A DNA stretch of 38,957 nucleotides, taken from positions 1 through 38,957 of the IMG/VR virus record IMGVR_UViG_3300022863_000001, one strand, 5' to 3'. The notes under the pieces are model-generated. The model saw only the letters and a list, made by a program, of their open reading frames with translations. It had not been told where the DNA came from and made no database searches. This document shows positions 24,259 to 34,071 of the stretch, piece after piece. Source of the DNA: a virus. Lineage: Duplodnaviria; Caudoviricetes. Position 1 is the stretch's first letter. Every line of letters begins with the position of its first letter. Position numbers and translations under genes: made by a program.

Positions 24259-25850
24259 TGTGCCAAGTATCCTTGTGCAGGTACACCATATTTTTGCTCA
24301 AACTGAGGCGCTAGTGCAGGATTAGCCTTAAGCGTCGCAATCGCAGCCGGTGGTATAGTAGGTTGAATGGTAGCAGTGGATGCAGCAGCCAACTTACGAC
24401 CAGCGCCTTGTTCCATGCGGTCGATTTGTGGTAAAGCTTGTTGAAGTTTTTCAATGTTTGACGACAAAGGGACATTCGGGTCAAAACTGAACATTTTATC
24501 AAGGTTCTGACCTTCAAACACACGCACCTGACCAGTACCTTGCAGGTATTCCTTAATGGACGGAAGCAAGGTACCAGAACCAAGAGCCTCAAGTTTTGCA
24601 TAAGCATCATTGACCTTGTTTCCTGGGACCAGGTCATTGCGTTCACCCCAGGCCCGCAAGTTGGCAGACAAAGGAGCGCCCGTGCCTGTAACACTTCCAT
24701 CCGTTGTGGCTTTGCCGGTCTTAGGGTCAGTACCTTGCATGTTGTGCATGATGTCCAACATCTTTTGGATGTTGATGCGCATATCGTTTGCTTTGTTGGC
24801 CACATCTTGGGTCGTCATAACATTTTCAGCGGCAGACTTAGCAAGCGCCGTGGCCTTGTCAGTGGCGCCAACAGGCACTGCAGCAGAGACACTAGGTGTC
24901 GTTCCAGCTGGAGCAGACTTGTAGGCATCAACAAGAATCGAATTAGGTACTGTGCCGGTCGCTGCTGCCATGTTATTCGTGTTCACGACGGTTGGAAGGC
25001 CGTTGACCAGCACAGTTTGGGTTGTCGGCGTAATAGAGGCTTTATAACCTTCAGTCTGCCGCGCTTGAGCTCCAGTCGCTCCAATCTTGGCAAGCTCACC
25101 AGGCAATTGACCTTGGCTTGTCGCATAAGCATTGCTGCGCAGCACAGTTGGGTCCATGTCAATGGCTTGTTTAATCAGAGCATCGCCGCCAGGTTGACCA
25201 GCAAAGGTCATATCCAAACCTTGGCTGTAAAGTGTGCGTGCCATAGTTGGCACATCAACCCCAAAAGAAGTTGCATCGCCTGCTGCTTGGTTCTTAATGG
25301 TTGACGGTGTAACCATCTGAGTGCCACCAGCGGGAGTTGTCGGAGCATTAGGTGAACCACCGTAAAAACTGGCAAGCGTAGGAGGTTGCAAGTCAGAAGC
25401 ATTGACCTGAGGAATGACTGGCACAGCTTGCGGACCTACACCAACAGGTGCAGCACTAGGCGCGCCTGCTCCGACTGGTAAACCAGTTGGCTGAGGCGCC
25501 AAAGCCGCAGTCATTGCGTCGCCTTTGGCTGACGGGTAGAAATGCTGCAATGCGCGTTGCGTGTTCAGATTGGACATTGTCACAGCGTTTGCGTTCTTGG
25601 CGGTTTCTGCAGCCAAGTTCTGTGTGTTGTACATGTTCTGAACGGCGCTGTTTGCACCGCCTGCATACCCGCCAAGTCCACCAGTCAGAAGTTGTAGGAT
25701 AGTTGGCGCAGGTCCTTGTGACAAAGGATGCGGCGCTGACATATTGGCCAGGTTTGACGCTGCGCCAAGCCAGCCTTGCGTGCGTGCCCGTTGTTGTTGG
25801 TCAGCCGTTAGTTGGTCGGCGTTCGGAATGAAGAGGTTGCTATAATCCAT
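24255..25850 (-). CDS. Internal virion / DNA ejection protein
   Basis: Ala/Thr/Gln-rich; C-terminal AAI..LKANP.LA.QF..KYG; ATG 25850 after AGGA. Confidence 0.7.
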   Translation of the reverse strand: MDYSNLFIPNADQLTADQQQRARTQGWLGAASNLANMSAPHPLSQGPAPTILQLLTGGLGGYAGGANSAVQNMYNTQNLAAETAKNANAVTMSNLNTQRALQHFYPSAKGDAMTAALAPQPTGLPVGAGAPSAAPVGVGPQAVPVIPQVNASDLQPPTLASFYGGSPNAPTTPAGGTQMVTPSTIKNQAAGDATSFGVDVPTMARTLYSQGLDMTFAGQPGGDALIKQAIDMDPTVLRSNAYATSQGQLPGELAKIGATGAQARQTEGYKASITPTTQTVLVNGLPTVVNTNNMAAATGTVPNSILVDAYKSAPAGTTPSVSAAVPVGATDKATALAKSAAENVMTTQDVANKANDMRINIQKMLDIMHNMQGTDPKTGKATTDGSVTGTGAPLSANLRAWGERNDLVPGNKVNDAYAKLEALGSGTLLPSIKEYLQGTGQVRVFEGQNLDKMFSFDPNVPLSSNIEKLQQALPQIDRMEQGAGRKLAAASTATIQPTIPPAAIATLKANPALAPQFEQKYGVPAQGYLAQ

Positions 25851-25860
25851 GACCCATCCT

Positions 25861-26691
25861 TTACTTCGTTGCGCCGTAAGCGCCAAGACCAAGAGCACCG
25901 GCTCCTAACAAGTTACCCAACAACGATTGACCACTGAGAGGCGTTGTCGTCGAAGCAGAACCACCATAATTGCCTTGAATGAGGCCCATGTATTGAGCCA
26001 GATTGTTGTTCGGTAAGTTCTGGTTGTAATTCCACTTGTTGACGCTTGCGTCTGTGAGGCTTTGGTTGTAAGCATCCTGTGCAGAACCGACAGTGCCCAA
26101 GGCGTTTGCGTTTGCAAGACCTTGAGTTTGAACTCCGGTAGCTTGACCAACAGCATTGACTTGGTTTTGACGCTCTGCTGTGTAGTTGGCGCCGTAAGTG
26201 TTGGCGTACAGGTTGTTGAGGTTGTCGCCCAACGTCTGGTCAGCCTGATTTTTCTGGAAGGCTTGCATGCCTGAACCGTAACGCCCACCTGCTTCTGCGC
26301 CAGAGGTTTGGCCTCCGACAAGAGCATTGTAAGTATTCCCAATCTGACGTGTGCCAGCTTGGAACTGTGCATCAAGGTATGGGTTACCATTAAGGTAGTT
26401 GCCATTAAGCGTATTAGCTACCTGGGTTGAGGCATCACCTTGCAAGGGGCTGTTGGCTGCAGTTGTCGTGGCAGCATAAGCGTCTTTGGTTGCCTGTGAC
26501 TGGTCCGCGACCGTGCTTCCGTTGTAATACTGTGGGCCCCCTGAGTTATAGTTGGCTTGCGCAGCCTGAAAGATGCCGCCAGTTAATTGGCCATTACCCT
26601 GGTCCCACCCTGCCAGGTATGGCTGTTGGCCAGACCATGGGTCAGACTTTGTCGTGGTCGTTGTGTTTCCGCCGCCCGATGAACCGCCCAT
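25861..26691 (-). CDS. Internal virion / pilot protein
   Basis: MGGSSGGG.TTTT..DPW start, NPYL, GRYGSG, C-terminal GA-rich hydrophobic tail; GGAGGAG RBS. Confidence 0.75.
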   Translation of the reverse strand: MGGSSGGGNTTTTTKSDPWSGQQPYLAGWDQGNGQLTGGIFQAAQANYNSGGPQYYNGSTVADQSQATKDAYAATTTAANSPLQGDASTQVANTLNGNYLNGNPYLDAQFQAGTRQIGNTYNALVGGQTSGAEAGGRYGSGMQAFQKNQADQTLGDNLNNLYANTYGANYTAERQNQVNAVGQATGVQTQGLANANALGTVGSAQDAYNQSLTDASVNKWNYNQNLPNNNLAQYMGLIQGNYGGSASTTTPLSGQSLLGNLLGAGALGLGAYGATK

Positions 26692-27089
26692 TAGATGCTC
26701 CTCCGCATGGTATTCCAAACTATGCCCCAGTGGGGTAGAACCTTCTTCCAACCTGGTCGGCAATAGCCTTCAAGTTGGGTGCAACCTTGTGCCTTTGCCC
26801 ATGCGATTATCAAAGGCTCGGCTTTTATCCACTCCCGCATCTTGGTGCCACCGACGAAAGGCATAGCACAAATTTTGCGGTTAGGGTACGAGGTAATGGT
26901 AGTTACTCCGCAAGCCACTATTTCGTCTCCTTTATTCCAAACCCATAACTGCATATCCTTTTTTATCAAGCAGTCATAGACATCTTCAAGTTTATAATCA
27001 TGTTGACTTTTCTCAAGGGCACTTGCAATGAAAGGTGAAACCATACCCCATAGAAGTGGAACCCTTTCTGCTGGAACGCCTGTCAACAT
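26691..27089 (-). CDS. GNAT-fold-like virion morphogenesis protein
   Basis: QLWV...VT.I..YP...GG......WAK..GC..LEG..R.GW pattern typical of this position in podoviruses. Confidence 0.7.
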   Translation of the reverse strand: MLTGVPAERVPLLWGMVSPFIASALEKSQHDYKLEDVYDCLIKKDMQLWVWNKGDEIVACGVTTITSYPNRKICAMPFVGGTKMREWIKAEPLIIAWAKAQGCTQLEGYCRPGWKKVLPHWGIVWNTMRRSI

Positions 27090-27090
27090 G

Positions 27091-28038
27091 TTACCACCAA
27101 TTCGCAAGCTTACCAATGCCGTAAATGGCACCTGCACCCACACCGACTGGGCCAAGCATTGAGCTAAGACCTAGAGCAGCAGCAGTTCCACCCGCAGCTG
27201 CCTCACCGCCCGCAGCAGCGGCAGCAGAACCAAGACCCGCAGCAGCAGCACCAGTTCCGGCAACTGTTCCAGCGCCTGCACCTAAGCCTGCAGCAGCAGC
27301 GGCTTCACCACCTAACGTAGCGCCCTCAGCGGCAGCAGTTCCTGCGGCAGCGCCGCCAACTGAGCCGCCTACACCAGCAGCTCCAGCGGCGCCCGTTCCT
27401 GCAGCAGTGGCACCTGCGCCAGCCGCTCCAGTTCCGGCAGCATCCGCAGCAGCGGCGCCGGTTGAGGCAGCAGTTCCAGAAGCAGCACCAGGCGCTGCCA
27501 TAAGATTGGCACCAGTTCCTGCTGAGCTTGCAGCATTGCCGCCGCCAGCCAACAGGTTTCCTGAATTAGAAGCAGTGTCCAAAGCGGGACTTGCTCCGGC
27601 GCTTGGGCTGAACAGGTTTGAGCTTTGCGCGCCAGGACTAAGAAATTGTGAGGTTCCTGTGCCGCCTGCTGAACCTTGAGGAAAAGCACCAGGTCCTGGG
27701 TTCATAAAGTTGGAAGCAGCAGCACCTTGGTCCGTCATAGGTCCGCTACCGGCCATAACCGAGTTTGGATTGACACCAGACGCCATTGTGTAGCGGTCAT
27801 ACAAGTTGGAAGCATCACCAGCCAACTTACCTGCGCCATTACCCATGTCATACATGCTCTTCAAGTTCTGAACGCCGGTAACCGGGTTCATGCCTTGGCC
27901 AGGCGTCTGAGTTTGGGCAGTTGACGAAGGCGAAGCAAGTCTGTTGCCCTGCATTGTGTTCATGGGGTTTTGCGGATTGCCAAAGTTTGTACGCTGTGGC
28001 AACATTGTCATGGCATTGGGGCGAGGACTAATAAACAT
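27091..28038 (-). CDS. Gly/Ala-rich low-complexity putative virion protein
   Basis: 315 aa, fills the gap exactly, long GAAAAG tract, hydrophobic C-terminus. Confidence 0.7.
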   Translation of the reverse strand: MFISPRPNAMTMLPQRTNFGNPQNPMNTMQGNRLASPSSTAQTQTPGQGMNPVTGVQNLKSMYDMGNGAGKLAGDASNLYDRYTMASGVNPNSVMAGSGPMTDQGAAASNFMNPGPGAFPQGSAGGTGTSQFLSPGAQSSNLFSPSAGASPALDTASNSGNLLAGGGNAASSAGTGANLMAAPGAASGTAASTGAAAADAAGTGAAGAGATAAGTGAAGAAGVGGSVGGAAAGTAAAEGATLGGEAAAAAGLGAGAGTVAGTGAAAAGLGSAAAAAGGEAAAGGTAAALGLSSMLGPVGVGAGAIYGIGKLANWW

Positions 28039-28041
28039 GAT

Positions 28042-28398
28042 TTACCCTATGATAAGAAGTCGAAAGGTCCGGTCGGCTTGAGAGTTATTAGCGTGCTGCA
28101 CAGTTGCATTTCCTTGAACTGCCGCATTCGACGCCATTTGTTGGGACACATACAAAGTTTGTTTGGCCGCAGCAGCATTGGCAGTTATAGGCATGAAGTC
28201 AATGAAACTGTTATTCGTTATCCTGTTGTCCGTTATCGTGGAACTTGAAGCGTTTGGCGTAAGCGTAAAGTTGGCAATGACAGCATTCATTTTGCCTTGG
28301 TTGAGCAAATTGACTGCACGAGCCAATTTGCGGCGATGTTCTTTGTCGTCTGGTCCGACTTCTGGTACACCAGAATAACCTGGATTGTTTCCGCTCAT
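28042..28398 (-). CDS. Putative virion structural protein
   Basis: ATGA overlap with upstream gene; beta-rich. Confidence 0.7.
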   Translation of the reverse strand: MSGNNPGYSGVPEVGPDDKEHRRKLARAVNLLNQGKMNAVIANFTLTPNASSSTITDNRITNNSFIDFMPITANAAAAKQTLYVSQQMASNAAVQGNATVQHANNSQADRTFRLLIIG

Positions 28399-29924
28399 CT
28401 GCTGCCCTCCAGGTCAAACTCCTCAAGGTCAATCCCACTTATATGCGACCACACATCACCAAGTTGTGTCTGGATGCGCCCGCGGTGGTAGCGTCCACGG
28501 TTGTACGGGCGCGGAACTGAGCAGGAACCATTCGGTTCTTGTGCTTGTGCCGTACCAAAGACAACTGACTGTGAGATTTTATCGCGAGCCGCGACTGCAA
28601 GGGTTGCCGTGCTGAGGTCAACCAGCGGGCGCGCGCGGTGCACGGTAACCTGGTTGCCAGGAGCAAGCTCGAAGTCGGTGGAGTCCACCGTCGCAGGAAG
28701 GTTTGCACCATCAAAATACCCATACTTGTGATTAACATCAAAGGCAGCAAGTACACTACGACCGCCAGCCCAAACTTGGGAGTCAAGCGGAAATGGAAGC
28801 GCGTCTAAGGTTCCAAAGGTGTCCAACTGCTCAAGCGTTTTACCAAAGGTCGCACCGCGCATCAAAAACTCAATCTGGACTGAGTTGGCAGCTGTCACAG
28901 CCCACTTGTTGAATACTGGACTGTAAATAAGTAGGCGGTTTGGGTTACCGTTTGAAGAACCGGCGCCAGGATAAGCCCAGAAAATAAGACCGCGAGCCGG
29001 GTCAGCAACACTGCTGATGCGGTCAAGGTAACTGGACTGCAAATCTTTGTAGAAGAAGGTGTCAACGCGACCTTTGCCAATAGGTGCCGAGTTGGAACCA
29101 TCAAAAGCATAGAAACCATCTTCTGAAGGGTAGTAAGCAGTGTCTCCATACTGAGCCATGGCGCCAGTCGCAAGCAAACCACGCGCACCTTCAGCAGGTA
29201 AGAAGTCAAAGATGTCCGGCAAACCAACATAAATGGCTCGGTACACGGCGCGCTCAAAGAAAATGCCTGCGTTTGCAGTACCAAGGTTGCCTGCAATGGC
29301 CTGAAGTTTGCCGTGAGGTCCTGGCATGTCTTGAAAATCGGATAAAGCATTGGCTGCAGCTTGTGTGCCAGGCGTCGGAGCATTGGTTGGGTCATTAATG
29401 GCAAGAAAGTGCACCCGTTGTGGCCTGTCACCATACGTTGCATCAGTGGTATTGCCTAAAAACACCCAATCTTTGACAACAGCAACCTCATGAGCGCGCA
29501 AGGAGGTCAGTCCGGTCGCAATCATGTCAGCAAAGTTGGAAGAAACACTTTCCACATAACTTTGGATAGGGTCAGAGAAGTTGGTGGCAATCGTACGGGT
29601 ACCAAAAAGTGCCATGCGCCATTGCGAGCTGGACCCAGTTGTGTAGGAACCAGCCTTTGAGACGTCTGCAGGCGTCGTGCCAGGAGGCGCAAGACGATAA
29701 AGCTTGGTTGCATCGCCAGCAAACACACGGACGTTGCCAGCCGAGTCTGTAATGGACAACCCACCTTGACAACGTCCGACTAAGGCCGAGGAGAAGGGTT
29801 GATGTGAAGGCATAGGACCATAGGAAGCGGCAGTTGCAGGCACCACATTGAAAATAGTGTCAGAGGCATCGCTCGGCAAATCCGGCATGTCTGGTGCAAA
29901 TTCTGAGATACCTGCGACGCTCAT
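28395..29924 (-). CDS. Tail nozzle / packaged-DNA stabilisation protein (P22 gp10- or T7 gp12-like)
   Basis: 509 aa, beta-propeller-like composition, EF.PD.P start, RGRYHR end; follows adaptor. Confidence 0.75.
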   Translation of the reverse strand: MSVAGISEFAPDMPDLPSDASDTIFNVVPATAASYGPMPSHQPFSSALVGRCQGGLSITDSAGNVRVFAGDATKLYRLAPPGTTPADVSKAGSYTTGSSSQWRMALFGTRTIATNFSDPIQSYVESVSSNFADMIATGLTSLRAHEVAVVKDWVFLGNTTDATYGDRPQRVHFLAINDPTNAPTPGTQAAANALSDFQDMPGPHGKLQAIAGNLGTANAGIFFERAVYRAIYVGLPDIFDFLPAEGARGLLATGAMAQYGDTAYYPSEDGFYAFDGSNSAPIGKGRVDTFFYKDLQSSYLDRISSVADPARGLIFWAYPGAGSSNGNPNRLLIYSPVFNKWAVTAANSVQIEFLMRGATFGKTLEQLDTFGTLDALPFPLDSQVWAGGRSVLAAFDVNHKYGYFDGANLPATVDSTDFELAPGNQVTVHRARPLVDLSTATLAVAARDKISQSVVFGTAQAQEPNGSCSVPRPYNRGRYHRGRIQTQLGDVWSHISGIDLEEFDLEGSR

Positions 29925-30556
29925 GGACAGCCTCCGTCAGACTGCATGCGCTGATTAGAACCCATTTGGTCAGACCCATCAGACTCATAAGCAGCAAAAA
30001 GCAACCGTTCACGGTCAGACTCAGCCTTTGCTTGCTTGGTGTCGTTGCCGTAGTAAGCATAAGCCTCGGCAAGTGTCGCTGCTACATAGATTTTAGGATG
30101 GGCAGTAAGCAGCCAGTTGGTTGTGTTGCTGTTTGACAGGCTTGGCAAGCCAAAGTAGGTGAAAATGCCCGCATAAGATGTGTCAGGTGGTGGTGTGACA
30201 CGGATTTGATTGCCTTGAACCGTATAAGCAACTGGTTTATCAGCATTGGCATTCAGACCCCACCGGTCAGAAACGTTTGGCGGTACAAAGTCAAGTTCCA
30301 CATTAGGTGCACCGGTCAGTAGCAAACTGCGTTGGCGGTAAAACCCAGAGGGAAGCGCTGTGTACTCCGCGCTGATAGTGAATGCAGCATTGACTGTTTC
30401 ACCTTGGCGTAATTGAAGACGACGCGCCGCAAGGCGAAGCTCGTCCTCAGCCAAAGCAATCCAGTCAATGACAGCCGTAGCAGCATCAGTGTCCAAAGAC
30501 CGGTTGATGCGGCCAAGGATGTAGGTCTGGAGATGGGCGTATGTGTCTAAAGCCAT
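29921..30556 (-). CDS. Head-tail adaptor protein
   Basis: TY..LQ..I...INR, I.LAE..L, LP..F, P.PD..Y, TNWLL..HP..Y motifs. Confidence 0.8.
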   Translation of the reverse strand: MALDTYAHLQTYILGRINRSLDTDAATAVIDWIALAEDELRLAARRLQLRQGETVNAAFTISAEYTALPSGFYRQRSLLLTGAPNVELDFVPPNVSDRWGLNANADKPVAYTVQGNQIRVTPPPDTSYAGIFTYFGLPSLSNSNTTNWLLTAHPKIYVAATLAEAYAYYGNDTKQAKAESDRERLLFAAYESDGSDQMGSNQRMQSDGGCP

Positions 30557-30987
30557 CAGACCCTCCCAGGCCAAACGCGAAATGCCGCGTGTTCAGAGTC
30601 ATTTAAGAAGTCGCGCACAACCTGACCTTTGAAGTCACGCTGCGTCAGACCTCTCAATTTCAACCACGCATAGACAATAATTTGTGGGAAACTACCAGCA
30701 AGGTAAAAATCACCTGCCTTATTTTTCCCTGCGTCATTGCCGCCATTGTTGCGTAGCTCTTTAACATTATCAAGCACTGGTTCGACGTCCTGCACCATTT
30801 CGAGGCTGAAGGTCTTCTCAGCTTCATCATAATGCAGATACTCAACGACATCACCGTCTTCAGAGTTACCACTGACACGCTCGGCATCAGCAGACCTAGA
30901 CCTGACGGCAAAGTCTTGCGACCTGTCATCAACGGGTTTGACGATTGGCTCATTAGCGAGCCTTGAGAGTACGTCTTGGACTTCCAT
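30556..30987 (-). CDS. Conserved hypothetical protein of podoviral head module
   Basis: QDVEPVLD..K.LRN...FLND.....FR pattern; GGAG RBS. Confidence 0.7.
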   Translation of the reverse strand: MEVQDVLSRLANEPIVKPVDDRSQDFAVRSRSADAERVSGNSEDGDVVEYLHYDEAEKTFSLEMVQDVEPVLDNVKELRNNGGNDAGKNKAGDFYLAGSFPQIIVYAWLKLRGLTQRDFKGQVVRDFLNDSEHAAFRVWPGRV

Positions 30988-31299
30988 TTAGGACTCCAGT
31001 GGCGTAATGTTAAGTTTGGCTGAAGTCGTTTCCTGGATGTATGCAATGGTGCTGAACTGTTTGCAGTTCACCAACACGTCAAAGTTTGGAGAAAGCATCA
31101 TGTCATTGGTTGTAGCCGTGACACTTGCTAACCCAAACTTGACGTACACGTTACCAGTAACCTGCAGCCGAACAACCTTTGCTCGTGTACCATCATTCAT
31201 ATTAGGAATGGCGGTACTTGCCGTGGAGGCACCAGAGACAACAGTTATGCCGGTGGCACCTACGGAATAAGCATCATCATATCCGTAGTTCTGTCCCAT
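30988..31299 (-). CDS. Putative virion protein
   Basis: AGGAG RBS, beta-rich, tightly packed. Confidence 0.7.
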   Translation of the reverse strand: MGQNYGYDDAYSVGATGITVVSGASTASTAIPNMNDGTRAKVVRLQVTGNVYVKFGLASVTATTNDMMLSPNFDVLVNCKQFSTIAYIQETTSAKLNITPLES

Positions 31300-31300
31300 G

Positions 31301-31684
31301 CTACGCTCCTACAACAACAGTTGCGACCAAAGGTGCACCACCTGCGCCGCCGCCTGCTGGCGTGATGCGGAAGGTGCCGCCGTCTTGGACGTAAGCGGTT
31401 GCAGTTGGCGCCATCTGCTGACGTACATTGACGCCTGCAGCGGAACCCGCTGTCAACTGAGTGACCAAGCACCCGGAAACGTCCGTGAAAGTTGTCGAGC
31501 CAGGAGGCGCATAGGCCAACTGGAAAGCTTCATTCGCGGTCGTAACAGCAGCACCCACAGTCACGTGGAAATCCTTGACACGACCTGGTTTCAAGACAGG
31601 CATGTAAAGTACGGTGGCAATCGCAGCAGCCGAGGCGACTGAGTGCGGCATATCACCGATTTGGGTTGGGGAAGGTAACGTCAT
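31301..31684 (-). CDS. Putative capsid decoration/structural protein
   Basis: AGGAG RBS, Ala/Thr/Gly/Val-rich, downstream of MCP. Confidence 0.65.
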   Translation of the reverse strand: MTLPSPTQIGDMPHSVASAAAIATVLYMPVLKPGRVKDFHVTVGAAVTTANEAFQLAYAPPGSTTFTDVSGCLVTQLTAGSAAGVNVRQQMAPTATAYVQDGGTFRITPAGGGAGGAPLVATVVVGA

Positions 31685-31687
31685 TTA

Positions 31688-32074
31688 CTATCTCCTTTTA
31701 GCTTGAGTGCGAGCAGCAGGAACATCCTGTGACTCGTCAGCCGAGTTAGCTGCGGCCTTGGCTTCTTCTGCTTCCAGTTTGGCCAACTCTGCTTTTTCAG
31801 AACTCAGCACAACAACCTGGCGCCGAGCTTCAAGAATAAGCAGGTCAGAAACTGGAATTTCATAATCCCGCCAATACAACATCTCGCGGTTACCAGACCA
31901 AGGCTTGCGGTCAGTAACGCACTTTACCCACGCAGTGTCTGCGCCAGCGAAGTCTTCCTTTTTGTACGTGGACCTGGTGACGCGCTCAACAGGTTTCACC
32001 TTTGGTGAATTGTCATGCTCATTAATCTTGTCCATTTCCGCTTGGAGCTCTTCGCTCACTTGTTGCTCTGCCAT
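31688..32074 (-). CDS. Hypothetical protein
   Basis: GGAGAG RBS before ATG 32074. Confidence 0.7.
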   Translation of the reverse strand: MAEQQVSEELQAEMDKINEHDNSPKVKPVERVTRSTYKKEDFAGADTAWVKCVTDRKPWSGNREMLYWRDYEIPVSDLLILEARRQVVVLSSEKAELAKLEAEEAKAAANSADESQDVPAARTQAKRR

Positions 32075-32093
32075 GTTTCTCTCCATGTGTGTT

Positions 32094-32125
32094 AGAAGGA
32101 AAGGATGGGGCTTTCGCCCCACCCC
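32094..32125 (-). terminator. Probable intrinsic terminator after the major capsid gene
   Basis: GGGGTGGGGC-GAAA-GCCCCATCCT stem followed by an imperfect U-rich tail, so probably leaky. Confidence 0.7.
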
Positions 32126-32135
32126 CTAGTCAGTC

Positions 32136-33077
32136 TTACGACGTGGTCAAGTCAGCGACGATAGCTGAACCAGCTTCGTTGCGTGCTTCAAGCGTATATT
32201 CCACAACAATCGCACCCTTGGTCGCATCGCCGGTCGCTGCAACGTCTTGCGTTGCCATTGGACGGAGATAAGCAAAGGCCCACAACTCAGTCGTGAGAAC
32301 GTGCAAGTCACGGTCACGAGAGAAGCGGTTTGCGATAATGCTGTGTTGGCCAAAGTCCGACACGTAAATGTCGATGGCAGTGTTCAGCGTCTTGTCGCCG
32401 GAGTTGTTGTCAATGCGCGAGACGTTACCGCCGAACGAAGAAACAACCTGCTTGTTGAACGGACCCGCCATAATCAGGTCAGGGTCACCGCCCGCCGTCC
32501 AAGACTGCTGGATAGCAGTCTTGAGCAACGACTCAGTCAACGGACGCTGCGTACCATCGGTTGCAGCCGTCGCAGCGCCACCAGAAGAACCGGTCGCACC
32601 ACGTTGTGTGTTGGTCGTGTACCAGGCATCAAGCGAACGAAGTTGGCGAGCAGTCGTGGAGTTACCCGTGACTTTCGCCTGGTTGCCCGTGGTGCCGGCT
32701 TCCATATCACGACGCAGTTCTTTACCGCGCTTCATGATTTGGTAAACCATTTCATTGGTACGACCTGCTTTATTCACCGCATCCTGGGTCTTAGACACAA
32801 CGACAGTCTTGTAAGCAATCTGGCATTGGTTGTCGACACGGGACGTGAAGGCTGGCGTCGAGTAGGTGTAATCATCACCTTCAAGCTGAGCATTCGAAGA
32901 GCTTGCAGCAGCCAACGTGTCAGTCTGCCATTCGTGCTTCGTTGCATTCGCTTTCGAGGTAGGAATACGACCTAAGAAGGGCGTATCTACAGGCGAGATG
33001 TTGTAGATGGTGTCCATAAGGTCTTCGCGATTACCAATCGCGGAGAAGGTCAGGACGGTGCCGGTTACGATAGTCAT
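32136..33077 (-). CDS. Major capsid protein (DUF5309/SU10-like, HK97 fold)
   Basis: GNREDL.D.IYNISP.DTPF, HEWQTD.L, N.CQI, KELRRDME, Y.SDFG, EYTLE..NE. Confidence 0.93.
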   Translation of the reverse strand: MTIVTGTVLTFSAIGNREDLMDTIYNISPVDTPFLGRIPTSKANATKHEWQTDTLAAASSSNAQLEGDDYTYSTPAFTSRVDNQCQIAYKTVVVSKTQDAVNKAGRTNEMVYQIMKRGKELRRDMEAGTTGNQAKVTGNSTTARQLRSLDAWYTTNTQRGATGSSGGAATAATDGTQRPLTESLLKTAIQQSWTAGGDPDLIMAGPFNKQVVSSFGGNVSRIDNNSGDKTLNTAIDIYVSDFGQHSIIANRFSRDRDLHVLTTELWAFAYLRPMATQDVAATGDATKGAIVVEYTLEARNEAGSAIVADLTTS

Positions 33078-33089
33078 GTACTGCTCCCT

Positions 33090-34070
33090 TTAGATTAGGC
33101 TCGCAATCAGGTCTGCCTTTTGTCGGTCAGAACTCACTGTGCGAACACGGTTGAGGACTCCCTTTCTTTGGTCGTTCGAAGGAGACGCGCCGGTGGCTGC
33201 ACCAGAACGAAGCGTCGCGGTCGGCTGAGGCGCAGTTTTCTTTGCGGCTGCCGCTTTGAGGTTCGCTTGGTATACACGCCAGGCCACTGCTTCACGGATA
33301 ATCTGGACGTGGCGATGGTCAGCCACAATCTCGACTTCCTCTGGGCGGTAACCATAGAAGTCAACGGCCGCTTTGCGGACGCCGTCCATGATTGCCTTAG
33401 CCTTCGCCGGGTCTTTGAACTCAGGGAACTTGTCTTGCAACTGGTTCCATTCGTTATCAAGATACTGGGCCCTTTGCATCTGCAACGCTTGCTGTTGGGC
33501 AACTGCTGCATTACGAAGGACTTGGGCGAATGCTTCATACTCAGACGCACGAGCTGGGTCTTTGACCTTGAGCGCCAAGTAATCCGCTTCAGATTTGATG
33601 TCCGCAAAACGAGCAGGCATCAGTTGTGAGGCAACGGCATTAAGTCTCCCAAGTTCAGCCAAATAGTGGGACTGGGCTTGGTTTGCGGCCTGTTGCAAAT
33701 CCGCGAGCTGACGCTCACGTTCTGCTAGGACGCGCGAACGCTGAGAGAAGGCAACTTCACGTTCCTGCTCCCGAGCTACAACACGTTGTTGTAGAGGGGT
33801 GGGGAGTTGCGTAAAGGTTTCCTTGTCATCATTCGGCCAGCTTGCAGGAGGAGCGATGGCACCAGGTGTCTGGGGTTCGCTCGTTAGGGCAGTACCGGAC
33901 TTGTCTTCATCCTCACCGATGGCACCAGTTGTCTGGGGTTCGGCTTCGCCTGTGGTTGTAACCACGGCATTGGTTGCGGAAGTATCCGAGCCAGCGGCTT
34001 CGGCTTCCAAAAGGTTTGTGATGCTGTCAACGCTAGCATCAAGACCCATGTTTTCTGTTTCGGCGGCCAT
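33090..34070 (-). CDS. Capsid scaffolding protein
   Basis: Acidic N-terminus, PP.SW....KE.F..LP, long helical coil; directly upstream of MCP. Confidence 0.8.
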   Translation of the reverse strand: MAAETENMGLDASVDSITNLLEAEAAGSDTSATNAVVTTTGEAEPQTTGAIGEDEDKSGTALTSEPQTPGAIAPPASWPNDDKETFTQLPTPLQQRVVAREQEREVAFSQRSRVLAERERQLADLQQAANQAQSHYLAELGRLNAVASQLMPARFADIKSEADYLALKVKDPARASEYEAFAQVLRNAAVAQQQALQMQRAQYLDNEWNQLQDKFPEFKDPAKAKAIMDGVRKAAVDFYGYRPEEVEIVADHRHVQIIREAVAWRVYQANLKAAAAKKTAPQPTATLRSGAATGASPSNDQRKGVLNRVRTVSSDRQKADLIASLI

Positions 34071-34071
34071 G

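Noticed and set aside
27125-27679. 184-aa Pro/Ala-rich plus-strand ORF
   Set aside because: Antisense shadow of the Gly/Ala-rich gene, against the direction of the late arm
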